A stretch of DNA of 63,004 nt, the filler included, from Octopus bimaculoides (Eukaryota), in assembly GCF_001194135.2 (NCBI RefSeq). It is 6 parts of 5 records of this genome, joined end to end, with 100 filler letters (N's around TTAATTAATTAA, not from the genome) between each part and the next. Parts side by side here need not be neighbours in the genome. Positions count along the whole stretch, not along the records: positions 52,154 to 54,954 come from NC_068990.1; positions 55,055 to 60,673 come from NC_068983.1; positions 60,774 to 63,004 come from NW_026407261.1; 3 more parts are not named here. One strand, 5' to 3'. Position numbers and translations under genes: made by a program. This document shows, one piece after another, positions 52,723 to 63,004 of the stretch. Positions within the stretch are counted from its first letter, which is position 1. Each line of letters begins with the position of its first letter. The notes under the pieces were generated by a model. It was given only the letters and a program-made list of their open reading frames with translations. It ran no database searches and was not told the origin of the DNA.

Positions 52723-53412
52723 NNNNNNNNNNNNNNNNNNNNNNNNNNNNNNNNNNNNNNNNNNNNNNNNNNNNNNNNNNNNNNNNNNNNNNNNNNNNNN
52801 NNNNNNNNNNNNNNNNNNNNNNNNNNNNNNNNNNNNNNNNNNNNNNNNNNNNNNNNNNNNNNNNNNNNNNNNNNNNNNNNNNNNNNNNNNNNNNNNNNNN
52901 NNNNNNNNNNNNNNNNNNNNNNNNNNNNNNNNNNNNNNNNNNNNNNNNNNNNNNNNNNNNNNNNNNNNNNNNNNNNNNNNNNNNNNNNNNNNNNNNNNNN
53001 NNNNNNNNNNNNNNNNNNNNNNNNNNNNNNNNNNNNNNNNNNNNNNNNNNNNNNNNNNNNNNNNNNNNNNNNNNNNNNNNNNNNNNNNNNNNNNNNNNNN
53101 NNNNNNNNNNNNNNNNNNNNNNNNNNNNNNNNNNNNNNNNNNNNNNNNNNNNNNNNNNNNNNNNNNNNNNNNNNNNNNNNNNNNNNNNNNNNNNNNNNNN
53201 NNNNNNNNNNNNNNNNNNNNNNNNNNNNNNNNNNNNNNNNNNNNNNNNNNNNNNNNNNNNNNNNNNNNNNNNNNNNNNNNNNNNNNNNNNNNNNNNNNNN
53301 NNNNNNNNNNNNNNNGAGAGATATCTGGCATATGTGTAAAGGAGTGAGAGAGATAGAGAGGGAGAGCGCGCTCTCTCTATCTCTTTCGCGTGTGTTTTAT
53401 TGATATACGGGC

Positions 53413-53450
<38 letters not shown>

Positions 53451-53536
53451 TACGAACATGTATGCGTACAAAAAATATGTATGCAATTGGTGTGCATACG
53501 TGCCTGTGTGTATGTGTGTGTTGCTCATATATATAT

Positions 53537-53580
<44 letters not shown>

Positions 53581-53815
53581 GATGATAAATTGAATATTAA
53601 TTCAATTTAAAACCAAGTGGCCTAGCATATAAAAAATCTGAAAATTCAGAAAAAAATTGTATTACACGTGTATAAGGGATGACCACTAGGTGGACATCGA
53701 ATATGCTAGAAAGAGGTCATCAACGACCCAACCACAAAGAAAAATAATGTTCTCCAGAAAAATTTGGCAAAACGCCAGAACAGGACACAATGAGAAATAT
53801 ACAGAAAAAAGAATT

Positions 53816-53877
53816 ATCTATGGACTGCTGCAGTTTCGAACATTAACGTTTTACTTACGTAACATCCGTGTTCTCAT
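53816..53877 (-). ncRNA. 5'-truncated hammerhead-like motif in a PLE-like fragment (~53590-53877)
   Basis: Minus strand ATGA-[gaaca]26nt[tgttc]-GAA-[actg]cag[cagt]-C-catagat: intact stems II and III with a GUC site; CUG replaced by (TA)n. Confidence 0.55.
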
Positions 53878-53889
53878 ATATATATATAT

Positions 53890-54213
53890 ATACTTAAGAC
53901 TTAGTTGTGATCTGAACAGAACCGCTTCTGACACAGAGAATCGGGAGCCCTTTTGGTAATTCTATTTTCCTTGCTGGAAGGGTTCCTAACCCATGGGCAA
54001 AGAGGGGTTAGATGATGGCGGTGGTGTTTTCAAAGAGATGGCATGTGTAAACTGATCACCTCTGCCGATCAAACCCCCAACCCATGCGCTCCAGTTGCAA
54101 CACTGATTCTGCCCAAATTTGACGTCATGTTACTTAGTTTGGTTTGAAATAAAGAACTTGATTAGCTTAATAATCCCAACTTAATCCCGGGCAAAGCCGG
54201 GCTATACTGCTAG
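53890..54213 (+). mobile_element. Non-autonomous Helitron, 3' terminus
   Basis: Hairpin CCCGG-GCAAAG-CCGGG (54186-54201), then CTAG (54210-54213) followed by T; 5' TC end not resolved. Confidence 0.7.
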
Positions 54214-56524
54214 TATATATATAAATATAAGCATATGCCTTTACAAGCCTATAGTGTATTAGTATCATTTCTTGTGTTCACTTTTATGATCTATCTATCT
54301 ATTTGTCTATCTGTCTGTGTGTGTGCTCACATACATACATACATACATACATACATACATACATACGTACGTACATTAAAATTTAATATCCTCTTCAGGT
54401 TGTCTCGGTTTCATAGGGTGAGTTTCTTCCTTTAGAATTGCATCCTTTTTAGTACTGGAAGGGGAAAGAGAAAGGAAGAAAAAGAGGTAAGAGCCAATCA
54501 GACATTTAGCAACATAATGTTTAATATTTGAAATATGATGATAATAGTGATGATGATGATGAAGAGAACAATATTGTTGTGGCTGATGATGCAGATGATG
54601 ATGGACAAGATGATGCAGATGATGATTAAGATTCTTATTAAATCAATGATGTTGTTATTGTTGTGCAAACCTTCCCTTCCACTGCTGGTGCTCCTGGGAG
54701 TTAGCTAGCTTCAGCTCATATCCATTCAGGTATCACTGACTCACTCGTTTTCCCCTCCTCTTTTCACTCCTACAGTGTCCACCCTTTATTGCCTTGCACT
54801 AAACCCCAGTGGCATTGCAAGGGCAGCCAACAAAAGGGGTAAAGCAATCCCATTATGAGTAAGTGGGGGAAATGTGCTACTTATATTTTTATATGTTTTT
54901 TTCCCTTGTTTAAAGTATGAGACTGCGGCCATGCTGGGGCAATGCCTCGAAGAANNNNNNNNNNNNNNNNNNNNNNNNNNNNNNNNNNNNNNNNNNNNTT
55001 AATTAATTAANNNNNNNNNNNNNNNNNNNNNNNNNNNNNNNNNNNNNNNNNNNNATATATATATATATATATGCATATATATATACATACATATAAATAC
55101 ATATATATATATATATATGTATGTATATATATATATATTTATATAGATAGATGTAAAGTGGTAAACACCCCTCAGATACATACATATACGTATATAGATA
55201 CATGCATGCACGCATGTACGTATGTGTGTATTTATATGAGCATGTATATATATCAGACATATGAAAGACAGACAAAACTCGGCTAACAAAATGAAGTAGT
55301 TTGTACAGTCTTTAACAGTTGCTCTACGGCATCGATTTTTCTTCGTAAACAAACATTAAAAAGAAAAAAAGAATTTTGTAGATTGTATTGCAGGCTGTTG
55401 TCTAAGCTATTTGATTAGTAACAACGATAACATTCAGTCGATTTACCTCTGAGCGACTGATTATTGCAGTTCAAATAGAACAACCAATTACATAGCGGCA
55501 ATAATTTATTCATTTTATTGGAGTGAATATCCTAACACACTAGGATTACTGTTTGACGATATCAACAGCTAATTAGATGATATCCTTACTATCAAATTTG
55601 ATGGATTGCGTCAATACGCTGGGAGATATCTTGCTGTAATATTTTTTCTGTTTCATTTGATTCCGTATATATTTTCATAGAAAGACGAAAACAACTTAAC
55701 GATCTTATACATTTCCTTCTAGCTGTATATTTTGAGCAATACCAGTTTCTATGTATAACTCAGTATGTCTTTTGACTCCAGTTCATATTGTTATTCTTAT
55801 TTACATACTATTTATGGCATCAGTATATTTATCGGTTTTATGAACCCAATTGTTAACTTTACTAGATATTTCTGTAAATTTGCCTTACACCAATGTACGA
55901 CAAATACATATATAATACACTAAAATGCATATAATAATATAGAAAAAAACTATTTACACAAGTTGATCACTCTGTGATTATGCCTATCTTAAATCAATAT
56001 TATTCTGCGTCACAATAATCCTTAATAACTCTCAATATAATTTATTGGATTTATTAAAAAGAAATTGGCGATAGTGTTCAACAACATAAAAGTCAATGCT
56101 GAGGAATCGTTTCATCACCATAAAAGGATTAGACTTATTTCTTATTAAGATGGTGAACGTGCGAGAGCCATGATAAATATATTGCAGCCTGAATGAGTTA
56201 ATGAGTGCAAATATATTAGAGTAGAAAACACCATCTGATGATGAATTTTGATTTTCACTTGTCAGGAGAGCATCGGATTTTGGTAGTAAAGAACAAAATT
56301 TAATACATAACATATATGTTCTAAAATTAAGGAAAAAGTATTATATACGATTACCGGCGACTAGAAAATTGAAGAACTTCGTAATTAGTAAAAAAAAAAA
56401 AACGTATTTATATAAGTCAATACTCAGAATCGTAATTTTTCCTTAAATTCAAATTAAAATTTCTAATGAAGAAGTGTTTGCCTCCCTTGTAATAACGGCG
56501 ATGACTCAAGGAGCCACATATACA

Positions 56525-57075
<551 letters not shown>

Positions 57076-58174
57076 ATCCTTTGATAATTAAAAAATGAGT
57101 TACTGCTTTAGTTGTGTAACAGGTTAGAAAGAGCAAAAAAAATCCTCTTAAATCATATTTAAATGTCTTGTAAATGAAGGATCGCCACATAGGTTACTGT
57201 AGTGCGTGTAAAAGTCGATGGTCAGAATTCGGGATTCTTTGAATTAAGCTTCGGCTCAAGCAGAACTGATGTGAGGCTGGAAATTAATAATACGAGCGTG
57301 TGTTTGCTTTGCAGGTCTCCAATTTTATAACAAATAACAATTTAGATCATACGAATGGTGGCCGAACAGGCGCAATGACAATCCAAACAATAATCTACGT
57401 ATTCATTCTTTATACGTTCTGACAGATTCGAACGTGAACGTCTAATCGCTGTCGTTTCTGTCAGCGGATAGCGCATCATTCCATTTAGGTGCATGCGCTA
57501 TTCGCACAAAATCCACTAGTTTATCTGTTATGTCTCAAGCTACTGCTATCTCGCACCTTCGGATGATCTCTGCGCGACTGCTACTCAACAGCTACTGAAC
57601 AATCAGTATGTCGTCAGTCAACTCCTACCACGGTCAGACTACCTCTATTTATATGTCTTGGTCGACCCTACTTCTTCGCTTGGGTGCGTCGACACAACAT
57701 TATCGTTGTACGGGAACTTAGAGGCACTGTGCAGATTAACTAGATTGTTTTCCTATTCCTATAGTCAAGATTTCGTGCTATTGTCAAATTCAGCGGTCGG
57801 GCTGTGGAGTAGCTTCCACTGGGGGAACAAACAACGAAGGCGAAACACTTACTACCACAGTTCACTTACTCCGGTGAACTAGTGAAACATGGAGATTATG
57901 AACACGCATCGCGAAATAAAGCGTGAGGTGTTCTTAGGTGGTGAACAACAGAGGCAAACTGATATCTATGTTAGACGCTACCAAAATATATAAAGAATGA
58001 ATACATTGAATACGTTATTGAATATAGAATTCTGTAATACTAACGAAATTTAAGAGATTATGGGACTGTTATCAGAATAAAGAAACTCATATTACACAAT
58101 AAAAAACAACTCTTTCTGAAGAATGAAATCAATATTACTGGTAAGATGCGTAATTCTCATGTGAATATGTCGGG

Positions 58175-58208
<34 letters not shown>

Positions 58209-58244
58209 NNNNNNNNNNNNNNNNNNNNNNNNNNNNNNNNNNNN

Positions 58245-58290
<46 letters not shown>

Positions 58291-59714
58291 ATTTATATGT
58301 ATGTATGTATATAAAAACCCACATACAAAGACACACAAGCATTCAGACGCGTGTGCGCACACACACGCATTATATATACACATACGAGACACACGATCTG
58401 TCACACATATTATATCTATATCTCTGTCAACAGTTATATGTACACATTTGTGTAGGTATGGGTGTATTTGTCTGGGCGTATGTAAGTATATTTCCTCCAG
58501 TAAATTGTGTATATGTTCGTGTGTTTCTCAGTGGTTTTCCAATCTTAGCAATCGTTGTTTAAAAATAATTGAAAGTATTCATCGGGGATTTACAGATGCC
58601 TTAGAAGACGTTAATGTTTAAAGAAATAGACATGACAAATGTGAATATAGTGTGTTTGAAAACAATTTATTTTTAAGCTGCTATGAGTCTTTAATTCACT
58701 GTAGAGTACATTCTGACACTATCTATTTCCATTCAAAAGCTTCAATATTACCTAGTTATAAAATATTTATTTCAGCAGACCATGCCCACTTTTACAGACT
58801 ACAACTAGAGAATGAAACATAAGCTTAGATTAAAATTCAGAAGCATACTAAAAGCATATATGATTATAAACATTGACACATACACACATAAGAACAATAA
58901 ATACATAGCTATATATATGTGTGCACATGAGTGTCTTTTATATACATATTACATTATATCTTCTGAATCATTACTAACATTTCACGTCCATTTTCTACTT
59001 CACGAAATCATTTTACCGTTTCGTTCTATTGGTTTATCTAACCTTCATCTCTTCTTAACATTCTCAGTTATGATACCAATATGTTAGAATATCTTAACTT
59101 AATATCGAGATGACAAGTAAAACAAAATACATTACAGTTTTCAATACTTTATAACTTTCGTGATTAAATTTTTGTTCAGAATGTCCCTCATCAATTAGCA
59201 CTTCTCAGCTTTTAAATCTTTCTTGATATTTCGTGTACATGTAAATATTACGCAATATCGATCTAAATAATAAATGTTTAATTTAACAAAGCAAGATTTG
59301 GTGATATGTTGTAATAGGCTATACAGATATCAGAACTTGACTAATGTTTACCATATGAAATCCGTAATTGTTTCAGATTGAATTCAGAAAATGGTAAACT
59401 ATTTTGTCCGATGCAGTGTTAGTTGTGCACAACTAATGATATGAGATACTGATGAAACAATCATTTTCAAGAAATGGTGAGTTGCATGTTGCTTTATTCT
59501 TGTCTAAGTCAAGTAATGCACCATGTTAGCCAATATATTATCTCAACAGGAATAATAATTGTTTTACTTTATGATATTAACTAAAATATTGCATTGATAT
59601 ATTACGAAAGAAACTCTAGCATGATCAATTCCATAAAGTATATAAGCACATTCGGGCAATTTGCTATAAGAGGATTATATACATTCATACATGCATTTAT
59701 GTGTATATTAGTAA

Positions 59715-59772
<58 letters not shown>

Positions 59773-59800
59773 AAATAAGCACCAGGATATCAAGTAATGA

Positions 59801-59886
59801 TGCAGTACGACTCTTTCAAGCGGCTTCATTTAATCGAAACATGCAATCATTATATCAGTTTAAATGAAGTGCCATCTTCAGCTGCA
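59801..59886 (-). ncRNA. Hammerhead-like motif with a long stem II
   Basis: Minus strand tgcag-CTGAAGA-tggca[cttcatttaa]26nt[ttaaatgaag]ccgctt-GAAA-gagtcg-TA-ctgca: 5 bp stem I, 10 bp perfect helix in stem II, stem III damaged. Confidence 0.55.
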
Positions 59887-60054
59887 CAGAGAAATAAGTA
59901 GAATTTTAACCAGTCAGACACATTAATATAATGTTTGTAAACTATTTTAACAGAATAAGAAATTCATATTGTCGCTAATGTAGCTAGGAATAGTCTACAC
60001 TTCCAAGACTCGCTGAAGCCTATTGGCGTCATAGTGTTGTAAACGATCGTTATA

Positions 60055-60097
<43 letters not shown>

Positions 60098-60349
60098 TGA
60101 TATAATGCAAACCACATGTCCCGGAAATACAGTTGCCAATGGTTTCGAAACATTAAATTATTTCACCATCGTTTGTCAGTAAGCGCCTATAAGGAATAAA
60201 ACACAAAGAAAAACACACCAGTGGTAACCAATCTTACAATAAACCAATGCTAAACTGAGGTAAAGAAGATATTATTGGTTCAGGATGTTTCCCATGCTCT
60301 ATTTTTAAATCGAACAACTTTGTCATGTCGAACAAATTTGTCAACTTTT

Positions 60350-60530
60350 AATAGGTAGTAGAATCGATAAAATACCTGACAAAATGTTTTGAAGCATTTC
60401 GTCCGTCCTTCAACGTTTTCAATTCAAATTCCACCGGAGTCGACTTTGCGTTTGTTTCTTGACGACTGAGGTAGATGTAAACGTTTACATCTACATCAGA
60501 AATTGCTGCCCTGTACCAAAATTTGAAACT
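60350..60530 (+). mobile_element. SINE family B decayed copy with a palindromic replacement in its core
   Basis: gcatttcgtccgtcc...ttcaaattccaccggagtcgactttgc...; core replaced by a 24 bp palindrome. Confidence 0.7.
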
Positions 60531-60633
60531 AATGCACACACACATACACACTCACACCCACGAATCAATGATTTTGCATTCATTAACTGTAATGTAAACG
60601 CACATACATTCATATATGTACATATATCAATAC

Positions 60634-60673
<40 letters not shown>

Positions 60674-60802
60674 NNNNNNNNNNNNNNNNNNNNNNNNNNN
60701 NNNNNNNNNNNNNNNNNTTAATTAATTAANNNNNNNNNNNNNNNNNNNNNNNNNNNNNNNNNNNNNNNNNNNNACAAACACAGATACAACAAACACACAC
60801 AC

Positions 60803-61390
60803 ATATATACAAGTGATCACTAGTGATGGCGACGTTATGCCTCCATACACCTTCCCACACAGCCTCAAACTCAATACGAAGGCCAACATCATGTACCTTG
60901 AGAAGGTAGTGCTGCCCTGGGTCAAGAGGGTAGCTGCTGGAAGATCTTATATCTGGCAACAGGACTCAGCACCTTGCCACACAAGCAGTAGAACCCAGTC
61001 ATGGCTGTCAGACAATTTATGCGACCACACCACCCCTAATATCTAGCCACCAAACTCCCCAGACTGCAATCCCCTTGATTATTATGTGTGGGGCGCAGTT
61101 GAGTGAGAGACCAACAAGACTCCTCGTAACACCAAAGATGAACTGAAGGCAAGGATTATGGCAGCATTCACCAACTGAAACAAGGAGACCGTCCAGAAGA
61201 GTTGCAGGAGATTCCAAAGTCGTATGGAGGCTGTGGTTGAAGCCAATGGCGAATTTATTGAATAAATTTATTCTTTAGTATTACAAGGTATTTTCATGTA
61301 ATCTTGATAAATATATCTGTTAAAATAAGATGTCAGTGTCATTTTCATTTTTGCGTAATTTAGACGACAATTCATTTACCGCACCCTGTA
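60803..61390 (+). mobile_element. DD37D (maT) transposon 3' half with right TIR
   Basis: WQQDSAPCHTSSRTQSWLSDNLCDHTTPNI*PPNSPDCNPLDYYVWG has 37 residues between the catalytic Ds; ends ...gacaattcatttaccgcaccctg|TA. Confidence 0.9.
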
Positions 61391-61852
61391 TGTATAAATT
61401 ATAGTTAATTTCTATTTGTAGTAAGGCTTCCTCGAAACATCTTTTCAAGACTGACTAAAGAAACGAGTTGATGATGAAAATCTTGAAAAATACACGCGGT
61501 ATTCTTTTTCTTCTTTTTTTTCATGTTAAGTATATTCGAGACCCATTCTTTCGCATCATTTATTTTACATTGGCACTGGTCATTCCCCCAACTATATTCT
61601 AATTTCTTGCAGAAGCAATGGTAGTAGATTCTTTCCAGCATCTTGGATTAGCCATCCATAAAGGGTTACAGCCGTAACAAAGAAAACTTTTCAAATTTTT
61701 TTAATCTGCCAACTGGAGATAAAACACAACAGAAGCATTAAAATTCTGGACATACTCAAAGACAGCACAATAGGCATAGAACATTCAACTCTGAAGTCGC
61801 CGATGCCGTAGCATGACCTTACCCGGACAGACTATAGCAAATTAAAGAACTA

Positions 61853-61859
61853 ATGTGTC

Positions 61860-61891
<32 letters not shown>

Positions 61892-61943
61892 CGTGTGTGT
61901 GTGTTTGTGTCGTGTGGGTTTATACATGTGCGTGTGACTGCTT

Positions 61944-61983
<40 letters not shown>

Positions 61984-61993
61984 GCACATATAT

Positions 61994-62035
<42 letters not shown>

Positions 62036-62094
62036 GAATACATTCCTATATAAACGTATATGTATATGTGTATATATATGCATACATACATATG

Positions 62095-62127
<33 letters not shown>

Positions 62128-62182
62128 AAATATAAATATATAGATGGGTGCGTGTATGTGTGTATATGTGTCTATATATATA

Positions 62183-62213
<31 letters not shown>

Positions 62214-62288
62214 GCATGCATGTATGTACGCATATATGCATGCATGTATGTACGCATATATGTATACATGTGTGTATATATATGCATA

Positions 62289-62339
<51 letters not shown>

Positions 62340-62450
62340 ATATATGTATATATATATATATATATGTATATATATGTATATATATATATATATGTGTGTG
62401 TGTATACATGCACGTTTGCGTGTATACATAATACATACATACATATGTAT
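61853..62450. repeat. Compound (TG)/(TA)/(TATG) microsatellite field
   Basis: Directly visible. Confidence 0.95.
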
Positions 62451-62894
62451 ATAATAGGTGAGAATCTGTACAAAATTTATGCATAAGGTATTTAATTTCT
62501 GTGTAATTTCTATGGCTTCGAAACTCATTTCTTTTCCTTTATTACAATCATTTTTATTTCTGTCTCCTCCTTTTATCCTTTACACTCGCCACCTCTTTCT
62601 TGTACTCCTTCGCCCTCTCTTCCTCTCTCTCCCTCTCAGTCCCTCTCTCCCTGAATCTCTCTCTCTCTCTCTACTTTGCTCGTTTATTTTTATTCTTATT
62701 TTCTTTATTATTTTTGCCCCTTTGCATCCTCGAGTTTCGTTCCCTTTTTTTTATTAATTTCTAACGTAAATATTTTCCTTCACCTTTTTTATATCATTTT
62801 GTATACGCTCTTTTATATAAAACCTGTTTCTTTTTTTTTTTCCTTTATACATTTTTTTCGCTATTTGGTCATCATACTGGATGACTTACACATA

Positions 62895-62898
62895 CATG

Positions 62899-62958
<60 letters not shown>

Positions 62959-62960
62959 CA

Positions 62961-63004
<44 letters not shown>
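62895..63004. repeat. (ATT)n microsatellite
   Basis: Directly visible. Confidence 0.95.

Noticed and set aside
56032-56313. 93 aa non-repetitive ORF (-)
   Set aside because: No recognisable motif or splice support; length is compatible with chance.
57417-57510. H/ACA snoRNA (two hairpins plus ACA)
   Set aside because: The hairpins abut with no H-box hinge and have no pseudouridylation pockets.
57575-57625. Minus-strand CTGACGA followed by a TACTGA/TCAGTA stem
   Set aside because: No GAAA follows the stem.
59443-59480. CTGATGA...GAAA
   Set aside because: The intervening sequence cannot form stem II.

Overview
AT-rich, gap-ridden, repeat-dense animal genomic DNA. From recalled similarity of its SINE families I infer an octopus or other coleoid cephalopod; I could not run a search to confirm this. 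No host protein-coding gene is recognisable, and nearly all ORF-track entries are microsatellite or N-gap artefacts. The window holds decayed DNA transposons (several mariners, Tc1, DD37D/maT, two hAT lineages, hAT, mariner and MULE-like MITEs, a Helitron 3' end) and non-LTR retrotransposon fragments (CR1-like, RTE, L1/Tx1, CRE, Hero-like). It also holds at least three tRNA-derived SINE families and abundant microsatellites. The most notable signal is a set of minimal type I hammerhead-ribozyme-like motifs of the Penelope-like-element (PLE) kind, from several unrelated repeat families. One lies next to a tRNA-derived Pol III head (40303-40735). Two face outward on the arms of a ~1 kb inverted repeat (14436-15446). 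All were read by eye; none was folded or tested.
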